Assembly (NCBI GenBank): GCA_023247055.1
Contig: JAHFHF010000006.1
Location: 600 to 64,599 of the forward strand
Source: Candidatus Omnitrophota bacterium
GTDB taxonomy: Bacteria; Omnitrophota; Omnitrophia; Omnitrophales; Aquincolibacteriaceae
Direction: 5' to 3'
Length of the DNA stretch: 64,000 nucleotides
Shown here: in pieces, positions 1 through 12,000 of the stretch
How the letters are laid out: every line of letters begins with the position of its first letter
How positions within the stretch are numbered: position 1 is the stretch's first letter
Made by a program: the position numbers and the translations under genes
Notes under the pieces: generated by a model
Told to the model about the DNA's origin: nothing
Databases searched by the model: none
Seen by the model: only the letters and a program-made list of their open reading frames with translations

Positions 1-3000
1 CCGAACTCCGAAACGATTCCGGGCGAACTTGTGGTCAACGGCCGCTATTACCAATTTACTTCTTCGGGATACAATGACGAAGCGGCGGGCATGGAGGGCG
101 GATGGGCGCCCGATCCAAACTCCTACCGGTTTGTGGATGCCGCCGGCCAGCCGGATGAATATGGACAGCTGCCGGTCTATACTTCAAATCCGCAAACAGG
201 GCTGGTCACCCTGGCCGACGGCTTGACTTACCGCGTGGTTGCGCCGGATTCCGCCATCTCCGGCGGGGAACACGTGCTGCTGGTGGAAGTGCGCCAGGAC
301 AAACAAATCATCAATCCCTTCCAGCAAAGCGGCTGGAAGGCGCTCGAGATCGATGGCTTGTCTTATCTGGTTGAACTGCGCGATCAAAAACCTTATGCCC
401 TGCATCGCGAGGGCGTGACCGCGCTTTTTGATGAAGACGGCCGCATCGTGATCGACGGCAAGACTTACCGCATCGGCATGAACGACTATTATTACAATTC
501 AGTCAAAACGGGAGAGGATGGCCGGGTGCAGGCGGTTTATACCGATGAGCGCATCACCTACGGCAGTTATCCGAATATCCGCGTCTTTCCGCCCAATGCC
601 TTTACGGCCGCCGACCGCGAGTACTTCCTGGTGGAAGATTTGGGACAGGCGGAACTTTACCGCACCGAACATCATTGGCTCCCGGCGGGATATACCCAGA
701 TTTTTGGCAAAACCACGCTCAAGATTGATTACGAAGATTACGAAATTGCCAAAGTCACGCACCGCGGCTTGGAACTCGTGGCGTTTATCAAATTGGATGC
801 GCTTGGCAATCGCACGCAGATGGCCTATTACATGCGGCCCGACGATCAGGAAATCACGCTCTCCGGCGGACGCCGCTTCCGCATTGTGGGCGATGTGACC
901 GGTATTCAAAAATCGGCAACGCTGGTGGAGATCAGCCGCGCGGGCACGCTCGGCAGTGTGAGCGGTTTTGAAATCCTGAACGGTGAAAAACTGACGCCGG
1001 GTTACGGCTATACGCATGCAAGTCAGCCGCTGGCCGTCGTGCTGGACGGCGTGACCTATGAAGTCTTTCCGCGCAATGCCGCGGGCCGTATTTTTGCCAC
1101 CGACGGCCGCACGGTGTTGGCCAGCGATGCGGACGGTATTTTGAATATCAACGGCCGCCGTTTCCGTCTCGAAGAAGAAGCCGTCACGTATGAGATTTTC
1201 AACGATACGCGTGTTTCGCATTTGAACTACTACCTGACGGAAGACTCCTCGCGCCGCTACCGGTTGAATTCCGTGAGCGATGCGGCGGGCCTGCCGCAGG
1301 CTGAACTTCAGCCGCTGACAAGCGACGGAAAATATTTTGCCGCGGCGGACGAAGTCACGCTTTTTGACGGCCTGCGCTACCGCATGACGGTGAGCGCCAA
1401 AGGTGAGGTTTCCTTGACCGAAATCAATCCGCCGGCGCGGCGCGAAGCGCTGGTCAGCAAAGCTCCCGGTTTTCAATTGACGCGTCTGGCGCTGGAAGCG
1501 GGTGATGGTTCCGCCGGCCGCAATCAACTTGTGGCCAGCCGCCAGACGGGCGCCGTGACAACCGATACGCTGGGCCTGCGGCATACTCCGCTTGTGATTT
1601 TGGGCGAATCCTATGAAGTCGTGGAGCGCAGCGACGGCACGTTTGAATTTTATCCGGCCCGCAAAGTCAATGTGGATGAAATTCTGGCAGCTTCCGGCAT
1701 TCAAAATGCGGCGGAAGCCAATGCCTGGCGTGCGGCGGTGGAGAAGAGTTTCACGGCCCAAAGCGTTGCCAGCGATAAGATTTCGGGGACGGTTGTTCTG
1801 GACGGCATCCGCTACCGTATTTCCAAACATCCTGTGACCGGTGCGGTCGAACTTGCCGGCCGGGATACACGGGTCAAGCCGGACGCCGATCCCTTGGTGG
1901 CCGGCAGTATTGATTTGACGGTCTGGAAAAATACGGACGGGAGTTATTCGGTTTACTGGCCGCTGGACAAGACCGTTTACCGCGGCGACGGCGTCACCAA
2001 GACGGTGGTGCTGGGCAACTCGGTCAAATACGATATCGCTGAAGACGCGGCGGGACGCATCACGCTCAAGGAATCCACCCGGGTGATTGCCGCGCCGCCT
2101 TTGGCCCAGGTCATCGAAGTCTATGGCCGCAATTACGGTGTGGTCAAAAATACGGACGGCACGTACGCCTTCTATGACGGTTTGTATACGTATAAGTCGG
2201 ATGCCCAGGGCAAGACCGTGAAACTGGGCGAATTTATTCTGGCCAGCTATGACGACTACCTCAAACGCAGCGCCGAAGGGACGCTGGATGAAGTCCGCGG
2301 CGTGCTCTATGACATTGAGGCCGACGGACCGAACCATGTCCGCCTGGTTGATCATCGTGAGGCTGAAACCAAGATACAGCTTTTTGAATTGGGCGGGCGT
2401 TTCTATACCAGCGGCCGTGATACGGTTGGCCGTATCACGCTCAGTGACTATGCCACGGGGGAAATCGTCCTGCGTATTCCGCAGGGCACGAGCGAACTTG
2501 TCTTTGACCGCGAGACCTATACGTTGAGCGTTGACAGTGTGACCGGTTTTATCCGCCTGGTTTCGAGCCAAAGCCAGAATGCCTCGCGTGACGCGCAGGT
2601 TTTGCGCCTGGGCGAGCAAATCTATCTGGCTTCGGCCATGGGTGACGGCCGTTTCCAGTTTTATCTGGACGGGCAGCCGTTTATTTCCCAGGCGGCGGCC
2701 GGACGCGTGACGCTGGGCGACGGCCTTGAATATCATGTGACCGCCGGCGCTGACGGCCGCATTCAGCTTGAGCAAAAATATATTGACGCCTTTTCCGAGG
2801 AACGCATGTCCATTCTGCTGGACGGCCAGATCTATGACATCCTGCACACCGGCAGCCACCGCTGGCGCTTTACGGATGCCGCGGGATTGTCTTTCGACAG
2901 CGATGCCGTAACGATGAAAGTCACAATCGGCACGCTTATGTATGACTTGGTCGAACATGCGGACGGCAGCGTCACCGCGATTGCTCAAAACGATATTTCG

Positions 3001-6000
3001 ACCTCGCTCATCCGCAAGGTGGTCAATATTGGCGGCCTGCTTTATGTGGTCACGCGCCAGACGGACGGCCGCTTTGCCTTTACGGCCGGCAATGTCACGG
3101 CTTATGCCGCGCTCTCCGGCCGGCTGGATCTCGATAAGGTCTTTACGGTCACGTTCAACGAAACCACCGGCCAGGTGCGCGTCACGGAAACGGTCGTGCG
3201 CCGCAGTGCGCCGGTCGAACTCCTCGAAATCAAACAGCCGTCGCTGACGCGCCGCATGACAGTTGCCGGAAAAACCTATGACCTGAAGTATGACCGCGTG
3301 GACATGCTTGAAACCAGTCTGACCGGCGCGGAAATTCACAAACAGCGGCCGCTTTTCCAGTTTACGGATGCGGGTTCGGGGACGGTCTATGAAAACCGCA
3401 CTTATAAATTCGGCGGGTCGGTCGGGGCCTGCTCCAACGAAGAGTGCGAGAGCCAGGATATTTTAAGCACGGACCGTAATCAATTTGCCATGGATCTGCC
3501 GGAGGCCACGTTGAAACTCGAGGATTGGCCGCGGGTCTTTGCCTTTACCATCATGATCGACGGCAAATCCTACCTGATGTCCGAGACCGAGGCGCACAAG
3601 CATACGTTCTTCAGCGAGGACAAGTATTACCACTCGTGGATCCAGCCGTGCGGCGAAAAGTGTATTCAGGAGTTTGTCGAACTGCCCGACGGCAAAGGCG
3701 GTTTTGTTAAATTCGAACTTTATTACAGCAACAAGTACTACGACGAACCGGCTTCACAGGCGGATTTTGTGGGTGACCGGCTGCTGGTGAGAATTGACGA
3801 TGCGGCCGGGGCGGCCGACATCCGCGTCATTCCCAAGATGGAAATTCCGACCGAGCCGGTGGAAACGTCGCAGTATTATCTGGCGGAACGTTCGGCGCAG
3901 GACGGCCGTTTGACCCTGCGTGAGGAAGCGACCGGGCGTGCGTATGAGGTCAAACAGCGCATTTCGATCGACGGCCGCAATTACGAGGCGTCCGTGGATA
4001 GCGCAGCCGGCAAAGTTTCGCTGACCGAAGAACACGCGGCCAGCACGCGGGTGCCGGGGCGGCTGGCCGTGCGCGTGGGCCGGGATGCCGCCGGTTACAG
4101 TTATGAACTCAAGACCGACGGCCGGTTTGAATTTTCCGACGGCATTCATACCTATTACAGCACGCGCGAAACCGGCCGGCCGCAGGTCATCTTGTCGGAT
4201 GGAAACGTCTACACCATCGCTTACAACGCCGAAACCCAGGAATTGGCGTTGACCGAGCGCTATGAAATTTCCACGCCGGCCGGAGCGGGCCGTTTGAATG
4301 TCGGCGGTACGGTGTTTACGTATACGATCCGCGCCGATGGCAGCGTGCGTTTGACGGCCGGTACGAAAACCTATGACAGCCAGGGTGAGATGGACCTTGT
4401 CTCGGCGCTCAAACAGCCCATTCAGTACAAACTGCGCGAAGGACAAACACTGCCGGCCGGAGAAACGTCCACGGTGCCGGGTTATAGCGGCTTACGCTGG
4501 GAAGACGCGGGTATGGGCGTGACCAAGCCCTATCTGGTGAAGTTTGATCCGGCGGCAGGAACGTATACCGTGCGTGAAAAACCGCTGCCGGTGGACCCGC
4601 AGGACTATGTGGCCATCCGCGGTTTTGCCAAGACCTTGCAGGAAATCAAAGCTGCCTACGGCGCTTTCGGCGACACGAGTGATATTTATGATGCTGAAAA
4701 TCTGAGTTCACTCAATTACGACCGGCTCTATGACGCGGAGTATGAGCACAACAGCCTGAGCGGCTACAACAGCCAGTTCCTGTCTAACTTCAATGCCTAT
4801 GAACTGACGCTGCGCACAGGCCTTGCGCCCTGGCAGGACAGCCCGGTGGCCCTGGTGGATTACCGGGACGGCGTGCCGGACAGCAGCCTTGTCGGCTCTC
4901 AGGCGAAACTCGCGGGCGCTTATGACATTCTCTTTGATACGCCCAACCATACGCCGGGCAGCAGTTATCTGCCGGTGCGCGAATTGCAGGTCTATCAGGA
5001 TGAACTGCGCATCATGCACCCCTGGATTAACGGCGTGGAGCGTGTGTTTGAACCGGTCTACAACGACAATGCGGGCATTAGCCTGGAAACCGGTCCGTTT
5101 GCGGTTTTTGCCGGTGATACGTCAACCAACTACCGCAACCGCGGCGTGACGCTGAATGGCAAAGCCTATGACGTGGCCATGGATCCTGTGACCAAGGCGC
5201 CGGTCTTTACGGAACTTTCGTCCTACCGCGCGGCGAATGCGGATGAAGACGTTCTGCTGGTCTACCACCTCAAGGATGCGGAAGGCAACGAAACCGGCGT
5301 GGAGTACAATTTATTCGATGCCACATTTACCGCGCTGGATGTTTTCAAAGGGGTGATTCAGGCCCGCGCCAAACTTGGCGAGGCCTATGACTATAAGAAC
5401 CCGGCCAATACCTGGGAGAAGTTGTCCCTGGCGGACATCGAGGCCCAAGCGCAGACATTCCAGTACAATGCCCTGACGCGCAACTTTACCCTGCATGGCG
5501 TCAACTACCGCGTGTTTGAACAGCCGGTGAGCGGCGAAGTTTCAATTCTGCGCGCGGGCGGTACTCCGCCTGTGGTGCTGAACGCTCTGAATACGATCGA
5601 ACACAATGACCGGCTGTATGAAATCCGCAGGAATGAAGACGGCCGTATCATCCTGACCAGCGATACGGGGGAAGAGTTCCCGAGCGATCCGGACGGACAG
5701 ACGCTCAGTATCGACGATTACCATTTCGATATCAGCCGTGATCCGCTGACGCAGGCCTGGAAACTGAAGGAGCAGAGGGTTGAAAGCTACTACGGCGATT
5801 TGGCCGTTGTGGATGAAACTTCAGACGGCGGCGGCCGCATCTCTGCCCATTTTCATTCCGTCGCCAATCCGGGCGTACCCCTTGGGTTTGAAGTGCCGGG
5901 TGCCGGAACCCAGGTTGAATTTTTGAATCAAGCCGTGATTGCCGGGCCGGACGGGCAGGAACATGGTTTATTTGTGTTCCGGATTGGCAGCAGTTTTGTG

Positions 6001-9000
6001 CTTTCTGACGGGCTTAACGGCGGTATTACACAAGTGCCGGATCAATACCGTCAGATTACGATCGACGGCCAGCGCTACCAGGTTCAGGTGTTTACGAACT
6101 CTTCGGGCCAGACCCTGGCGCGCATTGAAAAAGTGCTGCGTACCCTGGATTCCAAGCCAGGCGTGCGCGCGGACGGCAAACTGTATCAGGTGCAGGACAC
6201 GCCCGGCAGTTATACCGTTCAGGTTGGCGGCAGTAAGCGCAAAATTACATGGGTGATGGCCGTCTGTGCCGGCGCCATGTGCCGTGATGTGGACCCCACG
6301 CCGTCTTACCTGCCGTTGGAATTAGAATCCAATCCGTCGCGCAATACCATTACGCTCAACGACGGCATTGAACGGACGCTGGTCATTGATCCCGATGAAC
6401 CCACGAATGTGGATATCCTGCCGGATCAGATCACGAGTTTTGATCTGCCGGATTTGAAACTGGGTAAACGTTTCTTCTACAGCACGGTCCATGCGAACGG
6501 GTCAGTCACGCTGACTGAAACCTATAGCGCCGATCCGCAGACTTACATCTCCGATCCGCTGACGCGCGAAGTGACGATCAACGGAAGAGTGTGGAGCGTT
6601 CAGGTGGCGGGCGGCAAGGCCGTGCTTACGGCGCGGAACATCAAGGAAAGCAGCGCGCTGCCGGGAACTTATGCGGAAGTGGACGGCCGTATTTACCAGA
6701 TTGAAGCGGATGCCCAAAACCGCTGGGTTTTCAGCGACGTGTATCTGTCCGGCGTGGCTTTCACGAGCACAGCCGACGGCAAGAGCGTGACGATTCATGA
6801 GCATGTTTACGATATCAGCGCTGCAGCGGGTAAGGTTTCTCTGAAGGAGCAGCCGCGCTCCTATCCGGTGAAGGAAGATCACGTCATTCTGAACAGCCGC
6901 ATTTACAAGGTGCAGATCGTGCGCGATATCCTGGGGCTGGAACGCGCCTGGCTGTCGGACGGCACGAACCTGATGGTCTCCGGCGAATTTAAAGATGCGG
7001 ATGCGGTCAGCGGCGAAAACAAACAGGCGCGCGCCGAAGTCGTCATTGACGGTAAAACCTTCCTGGTTTCGATTGAGCGCGATCCGTCTATTTACAGCAC
7101 TTTGTCGGATGAATTCCTGATTGTGAAACAGATTAAGCCCGCGCCGGCGCAGGGCGGCGGCACGAGCGGTATGGAAGGCTATGAAAGCGGGGACGGCGAT
7201 CAGGACATTTTTGAGGAGTTAGGGCTGAACGACATGCCCGGCGGCGGAGGGTCCGAAATTCCCGATTGGCAGCAAGAACAACAATGGCAATTTGAAAATC
7301 CGGCGATTGCGCAAACGTCTACGCCGCAAATTACGGAAGTCCTCAAAACGGATGGCAACGAACGCTGGGTACGCATCCGCGCCCGGGTTTGGAAGTCGGG
7401 GGCTGCTGCGGTCAGTCTGGACGCGCCCCGTATTCAATCGAGCGCCGCTGAACGTCTAAGCGTCAACGGACAGGATGTTTTTGCAATTCAGGAACCGGCT
7501 GAAACCAGCGGCCGGCCAGACGGACAGCCGGGCGCCCAGGGCTATGTGCTCAATCCCAATGCGGGCATGCTGCGGTTTGTGACGCCCACGAAAGTTTTTT
7601 GGACGGAAGGGGCCACTTCAAGTGTTTCGTTTGGAGATGGGATTGTCTACCGCGTGAGCGGCGAGCCGGGAAGCCATGTCACTCTGCGTGAGACCGGTAC
7701 GGCTTCCATGGCTGTGCAAACCATGCAAATCGACGGGCGTTTCTATACGGCTTGGCAGGACCCGGATGATCCCAGCCATGGTTTCCGCTTTAACGACGGG
7801 TTTGGCGAATACGCCAGCGTCCGCGATACATTCGGTTTCTATGAACGCAACGGCGTGCTGACGTCCGCGCCTTCGCGGATGGGCGCGGGCCGTTCCAATC
7901 CCGAAGGCATGGCCGCAGCCGACATTCTGCCGCAAGCGGGCGCGCGCGAATTGGGAGAAAAGTATACGGCCAATGAAATGAATTACCGCATCAACCTGAC
8001 GGCCGACGGTTTCTACCAGGTGGGCTTGTCGGCCGCGCTCAGTGACGACATGACGGACGCCATCCGCCGTGCAGGCGCTCTGAAACTGGAACCGGAATAT
8101 GTTTTTCATGTGTTTCTGGACGGCCACTTCTACGGCGACTTCTATCTGCAGCCCGGCGAAGATTTCCGCCAGGCGGCCGTGAAACTGCGCCTGACCCCGG
8201 GCGAGCATGATTTGAAGATCGTCTGGGATGTGCCGGAATTTTATCAGCAGAATCAGCTCACGGGCGGTGCGGACCTGCGGGTGCGCCGCGTGTTCGTCAT
8301 GGCGGACCAGACTTACCAGGCGGATCTCAATGGGGACGGAGCGGTCAATGATGCGGACGAAGCCCTTTTGACGGCCCGGCTGACACCGGCCGGATTTCAG
8401 GCTGAGACTTCGCAGATCACCGGCGCGCCCGAACGCGAAGAAGTTGAAGGCGCGGTCAGCCGGCTGGTGGCGGACAATGTGCTGGAAGCCAACGGCATCC
8501 GTTACGAAGTTAGCCGCCAAAATGGCAAGTTCATGCTGGATAACGGCCGCAAAGTCTATGAGGTGGCGCCCGATGCCGCGCAGGTCAATTTGGATGGTTA
8601 CGTCTACACCTTGGTGATTGAAAACGGGCGGCTGACCGGCATGGTGGAAATCCTGCCGGATGTACGTCCGGTGGATTTGGATGTGATTGAAGCTGCCGGC
8701 CGCGTGCTTTCCGTTCAGCAGTCGGCGGACAATCCGCACGAATACCGCTTCAGCGACGGCACGAATCTATTCCTGAGTTCGGCGGCGAGCATGACGGTTT
8801 CACTGTATGGTTTGGTTTACGACATTGAAGAATTGGGCGGCGGCGGTGTTCATGTCAGCGAAGCGGCGGTTGAACTGGAACGCCCGAGCGATACGGAACT
8901 GAACCTCAATGGCACGCGCTATCTGGTGCAGCGCCTGGGTGATGGATCGTATGTGTTCTCCGAACCCGTGGAGTTTGAAGATTCTGCGATCCGTGACGGA

Positions 9001-12000
9001 CTGGAACAAGTCGAGATTGGCGATGTGAATTATTTTGTGGTGCGGGATCAAACAAACCGCATCCAACTGCTTAAAGAAGTCCCGGAAACCAGCCGGCTTC
9101 TAGCCCAGACGGTGGTTTTCATTGGCGGGACGAGCTATGCCGTCACGCCGGATGCGGATCATGCCGGCGAATGGATTTTCCGCAGCCCTGCGGCGCAGTC
9201 GGCCACACAGAATCGTGAAATCACTCTGAGCGGCAAGAAATACCGCGTTGATCTGGATCCGGCAAGCAGCGTCTTGACGGTCGCGCCGGTCAGCTTCGGC
9301 AGTCTGGATGTGGATAAGAACGGTCTTGCTGACGCGCAGGATTTTGCGGCCATTCAGAGCCGCTTTAATGCGCAAATTGTGACAAAAGATCCGCAGCAAG
9401 CGCAGCAGCTCGGGGCGCAGGTTGATTTTTGGTGGACCCGCATTGCCGCGGCCGCAGGCACGGAGTACGGGGACTATGGCTTTACGTATACGTTTGATGC
9501 GCCGTCGGCCGGTGATTTTATGCTGGGTCTGAAGACGGCCATGCTGCCGGTGTCCGGCGCGCCGGTTCAGTTTGATCATTTTGATTTCGACGTTTTTGTG
9601 GATGGGTCCGCCGTACGCGCTGGAATTCTGCGCGCCGATGCGTCCAGCGGTTATGTCACCCATGAAATGCCGGTAACCCTTGCGGCCGGCACGCATCAAT
9701 TCCGGTTTGTCTGGTCCAATCCCGTGCCGCGCGTCAGTTTTGGCGTGCAGTCCGCCAGCTTGCGTGACAGCGATTACCTGGCTGCAGCGGATCTGAATCA
9801 GGACCGGCGCATTGATGAAAAAGACCAGGCTCTGTTCCTGGATCAGACCGGCTCAAGCGCCTGGACCCAGGCCCTTGCGATTGGCGCCAAAACCTACACG
9901 CTTTACCGCCGTCCGTCCGGCGCCATGCGGCTGGTGGATGCGGCCGGTACGGTGATTCCGAGCGACGATCAGGGCCGGTTCTTTGTGGTGAGCGGCAAGA
10001 AATACTGGATTTCGGGCGCTAAAGATTCGGCGGTCACGCTGGTGGCCGATCATGCGGCAGATCTCAATAAAGACGGTTTGATCAATGAAGCCGATGATGC
10101 TTTTCTGGCCGCTGCTCTGGCCGCGCATCAAGTGGACACCTTTGCCGAATTGCAGGAATTTGAAGCCTATGAAAAAGCCTCGGATACCGGCGCCAGCATT
10201 CATGGCCTTGTTTCGAAAGGAACCAATGCCAGCGGCGAAGGCGCCATGGGCTTCATGATGGGCTTTGGCGGGGGCGAAGAAGGCAGCCTGATGGCCAACG
10301 GCCCCTCGATCAGCTTTGATGAGACTTTGGCGGAGGCGGGCGATTACCGTATCGGCCTCTCCGCCCGCAGTTTCAGCCACGAGTTTCTGCCGGCCTGGCA
10401 GGGCTGGCAGGTGACCGGCGGTTCCAGCAGCGCGTTTACGCCCGAAGGCGCAATTTCCGTGCAGCCGGGTAATCACTGGTCGAATATGCAAAGCTGGATT
10501 GAAATCAATGGTTTGAATTTTGCCGCGGACAACCGCACGGTCCTGCTGCTGAATATGTTGACCGATGCCGGCAGTTCGGGCCGCGTCTACTTCAAGCGCA
10601 CGGGCGATACCGCCTGGGATGAAGAACGCAGCGTCGACTTTGACTTAATCGCCGACGGGAACGCCCATGAATACATTCTGTCCATGAATGACAGCGAACT
10701 GTGGAATGGCACCATTACCGGCCTCAAGATCGTACCCTCGGATGAACCCTCGCACTATGAAATCCTCGGTGCGGCGTCGCGCCAGTCGGTCGATCTTCCG
10801 GCCGGGTCCGAATGGGGTCTTTACGGGCCGAAAGAAACCAGCAAGTTCCGCTATGCGGTCGTGGTTGATGGTGTTCAGAGGGGGACGTTCGATGTGCCCT
10901 GGAATAAGACGCAGGAGAAAGAAGGCTATGCGGAAATCCAGCTCAACGCTGGTGCTCATCACATTGATATCGTTGAGATGAATTTTTACGACTATCCCTA
11001 CGCTTCGATGGCGGCATTTAAATCCTATGTGTCCAAGACTCTTGTACGCCGGATTATGCCGGCGGCGGATCTCAACGCGGATAATTATGTGAATGAGGCG
11101 GATGCGCGGATTCTGGATACGCTGCGCTCGCGTTTCGAAGCGCCGAACGTTATCGGCCTGCAGGAAGAATTCTTCTCGATTTTGGATAACGGCGACCTGA
11201 CGCACCGCTTTGTGTCGCGCACGGCGCAGGGCCGCAGTTTTACAAGCGACCCGGCCACGGGGCAGGTCACCATTAATGGCGTCAAACTGCAACTCGGCTA
11301 TGATGAAGAGCGCGAGCTCTGGCAGGCGTCGCTCTTTGGCCGTGGCAGTGTCAACGTTTATGATCAGGTTCTGCAAATCGGCACTGAGAAAATAGGCGTT
11401 ACGCGCCGCAAAGACGGCAGTCTTCTTTTCACGGCCTTTGAGCGCACGGAGCCGGTGACTTTTGAATCCGATCCTGCGGCTGAACAAGTCACGATCGGCA
11501 CGCAGACTTACCGTATTGAACGGGATCCGGAGACCCTGCAGGTGCGTTTGTTTGAAAGCGCAGAAACAGCGGGGCCCAGCGGCTGGCAGTCAGCCGTGGC
11601 CGGCGGCGTTGCCGTGTGGGTGCGGCGCGAAGCGAGCGGGCTTGTTTTCCGCACCGGCGGCGAAGACCTGGAATTTAACCCGGAAACACGCCGGCTTTCG
11701 ATCCACGAGAAAAACTACACGCTTTTTGAAAACCGTCTGGGTCAGCTGACGCTGGTGGAAGTGGATCCGGCTGATCTGGACGGCGACGGCCTTGTGACTT
11801 TTGCCGATCAGGCCTTGATGAAAGCCTCGCTGGGCCGGCAGGCCGCATGGACGCTGGAAGCGATTCAGGCGCGCAATGTCGAAGGCTTTATCCGCGGCCA
11901 GCGCAGTGATCAACTGTTTGCGGTCTACGGCAGTTCGGAAAATTACCGCATGGATTTTGATCTTTTTGCCGACAGCGCCCAGCCGGCGGGGCTTGCTTAT

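Noticed and set aside
499-3339. 946-aa minus-strand ORF, and other long antisense ORFs (15640-17577, 39445-40659, 59020-60411, 7618-8739)
   Set aside because: They lie antisense to the giant frame +1 CDS and have no recognisable motifs. Long antisense ORFs are an expected by-product of strong GC-rich codon bias.
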